From Octopus sinensis (lineage: Eukaryota), in NCBI RefSeq assembly GCF_006345805.1, contig NW_021833250.1:14668-78667 (forward strand): a stretch of 64,000 bases of DNA. The letters run 5' to 3'. The translations under genes and the position numbers were made by a program. The notes under the pieces were generated by a model. That model was not told the DNA's origin and made no database searches. It saw only the letters and a list, made by a program, of their open reading frames with translations. Of this stretch, positions 35,390 through 49,753 are shown one piece after another; within the stretch, counting starts at the first letter, position 1, and each line of letters opens with the position of its first letter.

Positions 35390-37790
35390 TTGTACCCTGC
35401 AGGCTCAAAGATAATGATGCGGCTCCAGTCGGTCGTTATCCAGCAAGAGACCAGCACACACGGCGTTGATGGAACGAAAAAGTCAATGCTGTGGTCATGA
35501 AGTGTTAATACCTGAGCAACCCCGTAGACGAAAATGGTGTTCATCTTAGGGGATCTACGACAGAAAAAGGGCAAGGCTACAAGAGTACGATAGCGGCTTT
35601 TTTTGCAACCCGAAAAAGGTGCATCGGTGGAAATTGAACCAAGAAACGAAAAATGCGAATGAAATTCTGAAATACATCAGAACAAAATACATCACAGAAA
35701 CAAACAATTTGATCAATGCAGCAAGTATCTTTGTAGCAGAAAATGTGGGTGTTGATGTCAAGAAAGAGAAATATAATCGGAGTGACAAAAGTAAAGATCC
35801 ATGGTAGAAAAGGAGAATACGGTTGGGGTTAGATATGCTCTCGTTGGATATTTCTGTGTTAGACCGAAAAGAGAATGAGGAGCTTAAAAGCGAACAAAAA
35901 TACAAGGCACTGAAAAGGAAGTATGATATTGAAAGAAAGGGCCTGAAAGTTGTAATGGAGGAACTGAAACAACGCTTCGTTGCAGAGAAAGCAAAGATGG
36001 TAAGACACGATCAAAGAACGAAAGGATACCACCAAAATAGGTTATTCGGAGTAGATCAAAAGAGATTCTACAAAGAAATAAAAGGAGATTGTACATACGA
36101 AAGTTGATACCGAATAACAATGAAAGTCAAAGGTTTTGGAGTGACATCTGGATCAAAGACAAAGAGCACAAGAAGGATGCTGAATGGTTGAAAGAACTGA
36201 AACAAACAGTATTCTGTCCAAAACAAGCAGAACTAATCATTTCAGTTACGGAAGTGAAGGAAATTAGCAAAAAATGGGTAACAGGGTGGCCCCGGGACCA
36301 GATGGAGTTCAAGGCTATGAATCAAAAGATTTAGTGAATGTCATGCACGAATAGCTGCACAACTCAACACCTTGTTAAATACCGACCAAGTAACAGCAGA
36401 GTGGTTGACAATAGATAGGACAGTGCAGTGCTTGAAAAATATCGAAAAAGGCAATACGGTAGACAATTACAGGCCGATATCCTGTTTGCCACTTATGTGG
36501 AAGATATTGATTGGAATACTCACAAAGTCAATGTACGAAGATCTTGAAAAAATGGAGTCCTACCACCTGAGAAGAAGGGTTGCAAGCGTAAATGCAGAAG
36601 ACAAAACTGTACTTAGAGACTGCAAGCGGAAGAAAACTAACATTGCCATTTCATGAATCGATTATCGTAAGGCGTACGATACGATCCCAAATTCTTGGAT
36701 TATGGAATGTATGAACCTCTTTGTTATTGCATCGAATGTCGATGTTGAGCAATTTCTTAGAAAATATTTGACGAAATGGAGGACGGAACTGACAGCATAT
36801 GGAAGAAGTTTAGGGACAATAGAAGTCAAGAGAGGCATCTTCCAAGGGGACTACCTGTCCCCACTGAATTTTGTATTGTGCATGATACCACTAACAATGA
36901 TTTTGAGGAAAGCAAAGGTTTGGTATGTATTCGAAAGCCGCTTACAAAAAGTCAACCACTTGTTATTCATGGATGACCTCAAACTTTATGGTAAAAATGA
37001 AACCCAAGTCAGTTCTCTCGTTGACACGGTGTATACTTTCAATGCTGATATCAGAATGGAGTTCGGACTGAAAAGGTGTGGTGTGTTAGACTTGAAGAGA
37101 GACAAACTCAAATGTATAGATGGGCTAACGATAGCGTCGGGAGAGTTTATGAAGCAGATAGAAAAGACGGGCTTTAAATACTTGGGGATATTGGAAATAG
37201 ATAAATTGATGGAGAAAGAAAAATTTAAGGTGGAGTACTTGCGCAGATTGAGACTGATCCTCAAATCGAATAAGATTGAAGCTATCAACACCTGGGCGGT
37301 TTCACAACTTAGATATGGAGCAGGGATAATCGCATGGACAGTAGATGAATTAAACAGCTTAGATAGAAAGATAAATTTCTGAATAGATATGGGATACTCT
37401 ACCCCAAAAGTGACACAGACAGAATGTATGTACCAAGAAAAAGAGGGTGAAAGGGACTGATATGATGCAAACACAGCATTAGAGCAGAAGAAAACAACAT
37501 AGTATGGTAAGTAAAAATGCCACAGAACCACTATCATTGGAAGTAAGAAAGTCATGCTTGTGTAGGATGGAAGATTGCAAAGATAACGCACTGTACAAGG
37601 ACTTGAGAATGAATGAAACGGAAAATAGGTGGATAAAGAAAAGAATGCATAGGCAATTTCAGAGGGATGTTGAAGTTAAGACAGACAGAGGAAAAATTTG
37701 GTTATGGATGACTAAAAGTGATTTAAAACCGAAAAAAGGGGCTATAATCTGTGCTGTCCGTGTGCAAACATTAAAACCTAATTACAACAA
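35390..37790 (+). mobile_element. R4/Dong-clade LINE fragment (subfamily A), degenerate
   Basis: [46 protein letters not shown]; followed by (AAT)n. Confidence 0.8.
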
Positions 37791-38139
37791 TAATAATAGT
37801 AATATTAATAATGATAATAATAATGATTTCTTTTATTTGCCACCAGGGAGAAGGATGAAGGGGACAATACTATTACAGACATAATGTGTGGGGGCTTACC
37901 TACAATGAAATGATAATAATAATAAATAATAATAGGGTAAAGACCTCCCTTTGATTATGGATCACTATGGAATTGCACCTAGAAATTTTACCTCCGAGGC
38001 ACCTTCGGGCAAGGTTGTTTATTGAAGAACAGCGGTCTCCCATGCATATCAGTCTCTCATCTCCATGCCACAGATGTTTTAAAACTATATGCTGCAAATG
38101 ATAACCAGCTGGAAACATTACTACAGACGAAGATTTCAA

Positions 38140-40975
38140 CGATTCTATGTGGGGAAAAGATTAGAAAATGACAACATTCCCATAAAAAGCTTACTTGGCA
38201 AGATGGTATTCAACACCAAATTCAGTTACTTAAGTCTGACATAGAATGTTGAAAAACCTTAAGTTTGACAAGACTATCAAACCAACAGAAATCTGAAAAT
38301 TAAAGAAAATATATAATATGAAAACTATACTTGACATCGATACCACCATAGAAACTATCAAGCAAAAGGTATGTGCAAAAGCTGCCCGCATACAGGAACA
38401 TAGGGAAAATACCAGTTACAGTAAAGTCTATCCATCAAAAGAAGTGCAGGAATTTTGGAATAAAATTTGTGCAGAAGGAAAAACACACAATAAAAAGGCC
38501 TATTGGATTGATAGAATAACTACTGACTTAGACAGACTCCTTAAAAGAGCAAAAGTGGGAGGGTATCACGGTAGAGGATGTAAGCAAGGAGAAGTCTCTA
38601 GGAAAGAATAAAATTCTTAACTTCTGGTTGAATGCCTTCCTAGAGAGTCATGAACTGCTAAAAAAAACTTTACAACAATGTTTTGCAACAACCTAGTATG
38701 ATTCCCTCTTGGCTAGTTAATGGTTAAACTTTCCTACTTCCAAAAAATGAAGAAACAAATGAACCAAAAAATTATAGACCTATAACCTGCTTAACAACAA
38801 TGTATAAAATACTAACATCTGTTTTGACTGAATATACCTATAGTTTTTAATAGAAAGTGGCATATTCCCTAATGAGAAAAAAGGATGTAAACGTGGGTCT
38901 TGTGGTTGTAAAGATCAGCTACTCATCAATAAGATGATCTTGGAAGATTCTCACAAACGACACAAAAACTTGTCGATAGCCTTGATAGACTATAAAAAAG
39001 CTTTTGATATTCTGTCACATAAGTGGATTAAGAAATGTCTGGAAATGTATAAAATAGCACCTACTCTGCGAAACTTCTTGTCTGTAAGTATGAGATCATA
39101 GAGAACCACATTGACTTCGAACAGTGACAATGAATCTCTCAATGCTGGAGATGTAAGCATTTCTTATGGCATTTTCCAGGGTGACTATCTATCCCTGCCC
39201 TTCTTTTGTCTAGCCTTAATACCTCTCTTGAAATTGCTCGATGATGTATAATATGGCTATAAAATGATTTCAAGCTCTTTGCAAAATACGACCAAAAAAC
39301 ACAGGGTTTACCAACAATTGTTAAAAAATTCAGTGATGATATCAGAGTGCAATTTGGCCTCGATAAATGTGCAAAAGCTACTGTTATCAAAGGAAAAATA
39401 ATAGAAATACCAAACATTAATCTTGACCAAGAGTATGTTATAACGGAGTTAGAACCAGCGGAGAGCTACAAATTGCTAGGGGTATTTGAAGGTGATAGAA
39501 TCAAACATTCAATGATGAAGGAAAGGATCAGAAGAGAATTTTATAGCAGAGTAAGGTCAATACTCAAGACAGAGCTGAATGCAAGAAACATGATCAAAAC
39601 GATCAATACTTTAGCCATACCAGTCGTGATTTACAGCTTCAATATCATTAACTGGTCAGATATATATACGAAAATAGTTGACAATACATAGAATGCACCA
39701 CCCTAAGGCAGATATAGAACGACTTTACCTGCCAAGAAAAGAGGGTGACCGTGGACTTTTACAACTGGAATTAACAATGAAAATTGCCACAGTTAGTCTA
39801 AACACCTACCTGAAAAACTCTGATGACTGGTTGTTAAAACTTGTCTTAAAGCACGAAAACAAGAAACCATTATACTCAGTAAAAAAGCAGGCAAAGAAAT
39901 ATCTAAGTGAATTCCAAATACAACAAATCCCAGAATTAAACGTACTAGAAACACGCACAGAAAAAGCTAAGAGTATGAAAACCCGTGTTAAAACTGCTGC
40001 CTAAGATATTCTTACTGATAATTGGCAAGAAAAACATCTCAATGACAAATACCTAAAGAGAGCTAATAATGTCGATGTTGACAATACCCTTACCCGTCAA
40101 TGGTTTGTGTCTTCTGGCTTAAAATCAGGAACTGAAGGGTTTATCCATGGCAGCCGAAGATCAATGCCTACCTACAAGGAGGTACCAGGCCTAAATATTA
40201 AAGACTGACAGTAGCCCAACATGTCGTGTATGTAAACAAAATGAAACCATTGATCATATTGTCTCCATGTGTAGTCTTCTTGTGCCTACAGAGTATCTCA
40301 ACAGGCATGATAGAGCAGCACAATATATTCATTGGGTAATTTGCAAAAACCTGGACCTGCTCCATAATGAAAAATAGTGGAACACAAACCACCTACAGTG
40401 CTTGAAAATGACTACATTTCACTCCTCTGAAACTTCACCATTCAAACTGACAGAAAGATAGATGCGAAGAGGCAAGACATTATATTGAAGGACTTCAGAC
40501 AAAAATCATACCTCCTAACTGATATGACTGTCCCAATCGACATAAATATATTTGTCAAGACCTACCAAAAACTGAGCAAGTATAAAGATCTTGAAACAGA
40601 AATTGGCAAAATGTGTAACCTCAAGACTTATACAGTATCTGTAGTCAAGGTGCCCTAAGAATGATAGCAAAATGGCTGATTCCTACCTTGCTCAGATACC
40701 AGGAAACCCCAAAATAGCAGAAATTCAAACGGTAGTGCTCATGGGAACTGCCCATATCCTACGTAAAATACTGTCTACGTAATCTCAAATCTTAAAACGA
40801 ACTTATAATTTTCTTATGTTTTTTTAAAACATTCTCTAGAACAATATGTGCAAAACCAAGTATATAGCACCTTAGGCATAAACACCAATTTGAACTTCTA
40901 ACTTGTTGTCTATTGAAGTCTCTGGGTGAGACTTGGAGTCACCTTGTACGAATACAAAGCAAATGTCAAACATAT
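38140..40975 (+). mobile_element. R4/Dong-clade LINE (subfamily B), 5'-truncated and degenerate, with RT and RLE region and own 3' UTR
   Basis: MHHPKADIERLYLPRKEGDRGL, HFPG/QGD region, KYKDL...VP; ends in (TAA)n at 40975-41125. Confidence 0.8.
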
Positions 40976-40999
40976 AATAATAATAATAATAATGATAAT

Positions 41000-41081
<82 letters not shown>

Positions 41082-41083
41082 TA

Positions 41084-41125
<42 letters not shown>

Positions 41126-44100
41126 GAGAGAACACCGGGGGACGTTTAGGATGTAAGAAGGAAAAAACAGAGTTCCGAAATCTATCCACAAACATCAAAA
41201 ACAAGGATATCGTATGGAGCCAAAGATTTACTAACAAAGGATTGGACTGTATCCGAGTAAGTAATACTAATTGAAATTTATTACTATTTTCGAAACGAAA
41301 TGTTGTATTTTGACTCGATATCATCTCCACCTCTAACAAAACACATGTAAACATGCGTGAAGCATTACGATCCATCAACACCAGATCATCCCCGACCCCA
41401 AACACCATGTACAAAGGAACTACGAAGAAATTAAATACCACCGATATTATTCAACCCAAGAATAACAATCGAGCGGTACGTACTTTAAACTTACAACAAA
41501 AAATGTACGAAAAACTACACGTGCGAAATAATGTGACAACAGAAATGAACGGACCGGTACCCTACGAAAATGACGACCGTCAAAATGATGGGCCGGACGT
41601 TGTTCCTCATGTCCCGCAAATAAAACCCAAAAGACATAAATGGACACGTGAGGAATACATTTCCATCTTACACGCATACTTCACAGCAGTGCTCTACCCA
41701 AAAAATTAAAACACAACAACACATACATATAACATATGGAAGGAAAACAACATAAATATAGACTTGGATACAGCAATGAACCCTAATAAATTAGCTAACG
41801 TACGAAGATACATTCTCAACGCAAAAAAAATATCAGAAATAGAAATAGAACATCTAAAAGAAAAAAACACCACGAAAATGTAGATAGAAGCCACACAACA
41901 ATACCCAATAATATAAACACTGAAATAGTAAAACACGAAGACAAACGAAACATTCCCAACAAACACGATGTAAGCAACGAAGGGGAGCCTAATGATTATG
42001 ATAATATAAAAAGTAAAATAATCAAAGAACTGAAAACCACAGAGCTCAAAATGGACCACCGACCATACCTCCCAAGAATCAAAATAGACGAAGCAACACC
42101 AATTATAACAGCATAAACCTAGCCGTCACGGAACTAATAGCCACTGAAACAAAAAGCGATATCACTGAGTTAAATGACTTAGTATACGCAGTAGCCACTG
42201 AAGCCACAAAAGAAGCTGGATACTCACTCAAACCCATCCAAACAGGAGTACCACCACCCAAAAAAACACTCTGGATAAATAACATCCAAAACAAAATACA
42301 AAAAATGAGAAAAGATCTGTCGATTCTTAATGAAATCAGCACACAATCAACGCTACTGAGCAACAAAAAGAAAACAAAAATACTCCGCAAATATAACATC
42401 ACAGAAAAAGATTTACCTGAGATAAAAGAAAAGCTGAAGCAAGATATCCTTGCCAAAGCACAAAGAATCCGCCGGTACGAGAAACGCCAGCGCTTCTTTG
42501 AACAAAACAAAAAGTTCAACTCCAACCCCAAAAAGTTCTACCAAGAACTTGGCAAAAATAAAATAGAAATCACTGCAGCACCAACGGCAGAAGAAGTGGA
42601 AGAATTCTGGAGAGAAATATGGTCGGCGAACGAACAACCAAAAGAAAGGAGTATCAAAATAACAGACTCGGCATCTGAACAACTTTGGACCCCCATAACA
42701 ACTGAAGAGGTCACCCAGGCACTGCAAATACTAAGCAACTGGAAGGCACCTGGGCATGACAATATCCCCAACTTCTGGTTGAAATATCTAACAGGAATGC
42801 ACAAAAAGCTGGCTGAAAACTTTAACAATATGCTAGCAGAGCCAGAGACAATGCTTGAATGGCTCACGAAGGGGAAAACCATCTTAATTCCCAAATCAAA
42901 TGAGACAGCAAAACCAGAAAACTACAGACCAATAACCTGTCTCCCTACAATGTTCAAGGCATTTACTACAGTGATATCGCAAAGGTTGAACAAGCACCTG
43001 GACGAAAACAAACTGTTCCCAGAAGAGCAGAAAGGATGACGCAAAGGCTCATATGGCTGTAAAGATCAACTAATGATTAATAAAGCCATAACTGAAGACA
43101 GCCACAGAAAGAAGAAAGGCCTCAGTATGGCCTGGATCGACTACAAAAAAGTGTTTGATAGCATCCCCCACACATGGATCCTCGAAACACTAGCCATTAA
43201 CAAAGTAGCACCAACAATCATAAAATTCATAGAGCACTCTATGAATAAATGGCAAACAGTGCTACAGCTCCAAACAAAAGAGGGACTCATGAAAACCAAA
43301 GACATCCCCATTAGAAGAGGAATATTCCAGGGAGACACGCTCTCTCCACTCCTTTTCTGCTTGGCACTGTCACCCTTATCTGATATGCTAAATAGAACTG
43401 GATGCGGATATAAATGTTACGGCAAAACGATCAGCCACCTTTTATATATGGATGACCTAAAACTATACGCTGCAAATGACAAACAGCTGGAAACACAATT
43501 AAAGACAGTTCATGGATTTACCAAAGAAATAGATATGAAATATGGATTAGAAAAATGCGCCAAAGTAACCATGAAAAGAGGAAAACTAGTTAAGAGTAGC
43601 AACATCACACTAGATAAACCCAATGAAATAAAAGAATTAGACCAAAGCCAAACTTACAAATACTTAGGAATCCATGAACTAGATAAGACACAACACACAC
43701 AAATGAAAGAGAAAATAAAAAAGAATATTATAGACGAGTTAGATCAATACTAAAAACAGAGCTCAATGCTAAAAACAAGATAATAGGTATCAACACTTTA
43801 GCTGTCCCAGTTATAAGTTACAGCTACAATATCCTTAACTGGACACTAAATGAACTGACCAAAATAGATAGGAAAACAAGAAAAATAATGACAGGATCTA
43901 GGATGCATCACCCAAAATCTGACATAGAAAGACTATATATACAACGTATAGAAGGTGGTAGAGGCCTTATACAACTGGAAAACTACTATAAAATAACCAC
44001 CATAGGATTGCAAAAATATCTACTTCAGAAAGAAGGAAAACTGATACAAATAGCGGCAAAACACGAGCGAAACAAAAAACTGTTCTCAGTATTTAAGGAA

Positions 44101-45229
44101 GCTGACAAATACAAACAAGAAATCATACCACCTAATAAATATGAAGAAGAAGAAGAAGAAGAAGAAGAAGAAGAAGAAGAAGAAGAAGAAAAAGAAGAAG
44201 AAGAAGAAGAAGAAAAAGAAGAAGAAGAAGAAGAAGAAGAGAAGAAGAAGAGAAGAAGAAGAAGAAGAAGAAGAAGAAGAAGAAGAAGAAGAAGAAGAAG
44301 AAACAACAAAAGCTATAAAACAAATGAAATCCAAACTAAAAATAGAACAACAATGAACCATGATAAAACGATGGCAAGAAAAGCCCCTTCATGTAAATAC
44401 TGGACTAAACTAAACGCAAAAGAAATAGACAAAGAAAAATCCCAGCAATGGTTGAGAAGCTCAGGACTCAAAGCAGAAACAGAGGGCTTTTTAATTGCAG
44501 CACAAGACCAAAGCCTCCCCACCAGAAATTACCAAAAACATGTAATGAAAAGAAATATTACAAGTAACTGCAGAATATGTGGAGATGGACGAGAAACAAT
44601 AAATCATATTATCTCTAGCTGCCCAGTCCTGGCTAAGAAGGAATATATTCACAGACATGACAGAGTTGGAACCTACATACATTGGAAGCTATGCCAACAT
44701 TATGGAATAACAACAGAAAAAAGATGGTATAGGCACACACCAGAAAAGGTCACAGAAAACGAGAAAGCAACCATACTCTGGGATATGCCGATACACACAG
44801 ATAGAGAAATTAAGGCCAACAGACCAGATATAGTTGTCAAAGATCATGAAGAAAAAAATGCTTTCTAATTGATGTATCAATAACGGCTGATGATAACGTG
44901 CCTCTAAAAGAAATGGAGAAACTCTCAAAATACAAAGGCCTGGAAATAGAGGTAACCAGAATGTGGAATCTAAAAACAGAAACAATTCCTATCATAGTAG
45001 GTGCAGTAGGCATGATAAAAAAAATATTCAGATAAATACATAACAAAAACACCAGGACTTACAAACACATATAACATGCAGAAAATTGCACTACTAGGCA
45101 CTGCACACATCCTACGCAGAACACTTTCCATACAATAACCATCAGAGCATCACAACAAATCACAGCACATACCCAAGGCACACAGAGCTGTGCTCGGTAG
45201 TGAAGTGAAAGCACGCTATAAAACTACTG
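41126..45229 (+). mobile_element. Near-full-length R4/Dong-clade LINE (subfamily C): RT + CCHC finger + restriction-like endonuclease, disabled
   Basis: WKAPGHD, YRPITCL, IDYKKVFDS, IFQGDTLSP, LYMDD, CRICG...H...C and RPDIVV...LIDV...KYK. In-frame TGA at 43037, frameshifts, (GAA)n expansion 44143-44301; (TAA)n on both sides. Confidence 0.9.
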
Positions 45230-45255
45230 AATAATAATAATAATAATAATAATAG

Positions 45256-45304
<49 letters not shown>

Positions 45305-45329
45305 TAACAATAACAATAATAATAATAAT

Positions 45330-46215
45330 CATGTACATTGTTTTGTCTTGGTATAAAAGATGGGCTACAGCAAATATTCTGCTCAATACCACAGATTTGC
45401 TTGTCAGTTGTTTGACTTTAACCAGTTGAGCATGTTCCTTAGTGGCTGACGATATGTGCATCTCTGATCACGAGCAGAAGTAGTGGGGGAGCATCATAGC
45501 CATGTGTTGAGAGGGATTCTTTGGGGTTTGAATAATTCACCTCTGAAAACATAGGTGGTTCTTTCAACATCCTTAAACAACCCTTATTCAGGGACCTTTT
45601 GAGCGGGATGGGCTACTCAACCTGAAGAAAATTCTAACTGGGCCCCACCTGCAAGGTCATGTGCTGTTTATCTTGATATGAGATCACCATGTCGCGCACA
45701 TATGGTTGTGATGCATGTGCCTGGTGTACCCTTATCAGACGGGTAGTCATGATGGGTATATTGGGCTTCGTATATTTTACCCCAGTGTCACTTTGATGGC
45801 ATTAACTGCTCTCTCACTCAATAATAATAAAAATAATAATAATAATAATGATAATAATAATAATAATAATAATAATAATTGGGGGAGCATCATAGCCATG
45901 TGTTGAAAGGGATTCTTTGGAGTTTGAATAATTCACCTCTGGAAACATGGGTGTTTCCTTAAACATCCTAAAGCAACCCTTATTCAGGGACCTTTTGAGC
46001 AGGATGGGCTACACGACCTGAAGAAAGTTCTAACTGGGTCCCACCTGCAAGGTCATGTGCTGTTTATCTTGATATGAGATCACAATGTCGCGCACATATG
46101 GTTGTGATGCATGTGCCTGGTGTACTCTTATCAGACGAGTAGTCATGATGGGTATATTGGGCTTCGTATATTTTACCCCAGTGTCACTTTGATGGCATGA
46201 ACTGCTCTCTCACTC
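45330..46215 (+). mobile_element. Two TAA-tailed non-coding retroposon copies (45330-45819; 45881-46215, 5'-truncated)
   Basis: Identical 3' ends followed by (AAT)n. The second copy starts internally at gggggagcatc. Confidence 0.8.
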
Positions 46216-46267
<52 letters not shown>

Positions 46268-46340
46268 TAATAATAATATAATAATAATAATAATAACAAT
46301 AACAATAACAATAACAATAATAATAATAATAATAATAATA

Positions 46341-46422
<82 letters not shown>

Positions 46423-46424
46423 TA

Positions 46425-48151
46425 TGCTTGGCACTGTCACCTCTATCTGATATGCTAAATAGAACTGGATGCGGATATAAATGTTACGGCAAAACGATCA
46501 GCCACCTTTTATATATGGATGACCTAAAACTATACGCTGCAAATGACAAACAGCTGGAAACACTATTAAAGACAGTTCATGGATTTACCAAAGAAATAGA
46601 TATGAAATTTGGATTAGAAAAATGCGCCAAAGTAACCATGAAAAGAGGAAAACTAGTTAAGAGTAACAACATCACACTAGATAAAACCAATGAAATAAAA
46701 GAATTAGACCAAAGCCAAACTTACAAATACTTAGGAATCCATGAACTAGATAAGACACAACACACACAAATGAAAGAGAAAATAAAAAAAGAATATTATA
46801 GACGAGTTATATCAATACTAAAAACAGAGCTCAATGCTAAAAACAAGATAATAGGTATCAACACTTTAGCTGTCCCAGTTATAAGTTACAGCTACAATAT
46901 CCTTAACTGGAAACGAAATGAACTGTCCAAAATAGATAGGAAAACAAGAAAAATACTGACAGGATCTAGGATGCATCACCCAAAATCTGACATAGAAAGA
47001 CTATATATACAACGTATAGAAGGTGGTAGAGGCCTTATACAGCTGGAAAACTACTATAAAATAACCACCATAGGACTGCAAAAATACCTACTTCAGAAGG
47101 AAGGAAAACTGATCCAGATAGCAGCAAAACACGAGCAAAACAAAAAACTGTTCTCAGTATTTAAGGAAGCTGACAAATACAAACAAGAAATCATACCACC
47201 TAATAAACACAAAGAAGAAGAAGAAGATGATGAAGAAACAACAAAAGCTATAAAACAAATGAAATCCAAACTAAAAATAGAACAGCAACGAGCCATGATA
47301 AAACGATGGCAAGAAAAGCCCCTTCATGGTAAATACTGCACTAAACTAAACGCAAAAGAAATAGACAAAGAAAAATCCCAGCAATGGTTGAGAAGCTCAG
47401 GACTCAAAGCAGAAACAGAGGGATTTTTAATTGCAGCACAAGACCAAAGCCTCCCCACCAGAAATTACCAAAAACATGTAATGAAAAGAAATATTACAAG
47501 TAACTGCAGAATATGTGGAGATGGACAAGAAACAATAAATCATATTATCTCTAGCTGCCAGTCCTGGCTAAGAAGGAATATATTCACAGACATGACAGAG
47601 TTGGAACCTACATACATTGGAAGCTATGCCAACATTATGGAATAACAACAGAAAAAAGATGGTATAGGCACACACCAGAAAAGGTCACATACTCTGGGAT
47701 ATGCCGATACAAACAGATAGAGAAATTAAGGCCAACAGACCAGATATAGTTGTCAGAGATCATGAAGAAAAAAAATGCTTTCTAATTGATGTATCAATAC
47801 CGGCAGATGACAACGTGTCTCTAAAAGAAATGGAGAAACTCTCAAAATACAAAGACCTGGAAATAGAGATAACTAGAATGTGGAACCTGAAAACAGAAAC
47901 AATTCCTATCATAGTAGGTGCAGTAGGCATGATAAAAAAATATTCAGACAAATACATAACAAAAACACCAGGACTTACAAACACATATAACATACAGAAA
48001 ATTGCACTACTAGGCACTGCACACATCCTACGCAGAACACTTTCCATACAATAACCATCAGAGCATCACAACAAATCACAGCACATACCCAAGGCACACA
48101 GAGCTGCGCTCGGTAGTGAAGTGAAAGCACGCTATAAAAATAAAACTACTG
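46425..48151 (+). mobile_element. 5'-truncated copy of the subfamily C Dong-type LINE
   Basis: Nearly identical to 43360-45229. Begins directly in (TAA)n and ends ...aaaactactg(aac)(aat)n. Has a ~20-bp deletion near 47690. Confidence 0.9.
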
Positions 48152-48569
48152 AACAATAATAATAATAATAGCGGTTATACATATTACAATCATAGATAAA
48201 GAAAAGCGACTGATCATGCCCGTTTGAATGAGAATCGTAAAGAGAAAGAAAAATAAAAAACAATACAATTCTTAAAATTTGAAATAGGAAGAATTTGGAG
48301 CATGCAAACAGTAAATGTGCCCAAAATAATTGGTTCACTGGGAAAAGAAATTCAAGTTATAGACAAATGACTGAGAACGATTGAAATAGGATGCCCAGTA
48401 GTACACCTACAGAAAGTTTGTCTCTTAGGGACAGCAAGGGTTATCAGGAGAGTACAAAGCACCGAAAGGACAGATGAAAATTTGTGGATGCCTAAAGTTA
48501 CAGGTACTAACCCACTATTCACATAATCCCTACCAGGAATAAGACTGAACCTGAGGCAAACCAAAATAA

Positions 48570-49480
48570 TAGCAGTAATGGTTGTAAAAGCTGAGGGCCC
48601 TTCATGGTAGAATTACCGAGTAACTGAATAAGATCTTGACTGGAGAGGAGAGGTTGCCAGAATGGCTAAACTTTGGGAAATCGATCTTGTGTTTGAAGGA
48701 ACCCAGTGAAGGAAATGCAGTTGACAACTTTAGACATTTAAACCTCTTGCCTCCCTCTTATGTGGAAGTTATGATAGATGTCATTGCTGAAGCAATGTAT
48801 GAATATCTAGAAGAGATACTACCTGAAAAGCAGAAGCGATGCAGAAGAAGCAGGGGGACTAAGGATCACTTGTTGATTGACAAGGCGATCCTTAAAGATT
48901 GTAAAAAGAGGCGCACAAGCCTTTCAATGGCCTGGATCGATGACAAGGTGTCACATAGTCGGATATTGGAATGTTTGGTATTGCAACTAATGTTAGACAG
49001 TATTTAATGAGCAGTATGGATAGTTGGAAGATTGAGCTGACATCATGTGCACAATTGAAGAATATTCCAGAGAGATAGTCTTTTACTTTGCTGTTTGTAT
49101 TGTGCATGGTTCCCCTTTCATTAGTGTTGAGAAGAGAGAAGGCTGGTTACGAGTGGAGAGGACGTTAGTTTAAGAAAAATCACCTGATGTTCATGGATGA
49201 TTTAAAACTCTTTGGGAAATCTTATAAACATACTGATTCCCTTGTACAGAGATTTCATACATTCAGCACGGACATGGGGATGGAGTTTGGCAAAAAACAC
49301 GTGGGGTGCTACTACAGAAGACAGACAGATTTAATTAGATGGAAGGAATTATATTACCAGACAAGCAAGTTATGGCGGAAATTGACGACAACGGGTATAA
49401 GTACTTATGTATCCTGGAAACAGACCAAATGAAAGAGAACACCACCGACCTGAGAATATCTAAATTTCTTAAAATCTTTC
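48570..49480 (+). mobile_element. Degenerate R4/Dong-like RT fragment
   Basis: [46 protein letters not shown]. Confidence 0.7.
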
Positions 49481-49673
49481 AATATCGCAAATATCACGGA
49501 AAAATTTTAACGGCATCTAATTTTCAGTATCTGATCTCCTTTCTCTGAAGTGTATCCTTGTTACTCATATTTAATACACACAACAAAACGTCTAAGTTGC
49601 TGTTTCTGGAGATGTCTGAATGAGACTTGGAACAGCTCTTACAAAATAAATCAACAACAACAACAACGAAAAC

Positions 49674-49753
<80 letters not shown>

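Noticed and set aside
41126-41352. Possible HDV-like ribozyme in the LINE 5' UTR
   Set aside because: I could not identify the nested double-pseudoknot pairing by eye. It needs a descriptor search.
43037-43039. In-frame TGA at a position where Cys is expected in the LINE RT (possible selenocysteine or readthrough)
   Set aside because: The same copy has several frameshifts, and I see no SECIS. A single-base nonsense mutation is simpler.
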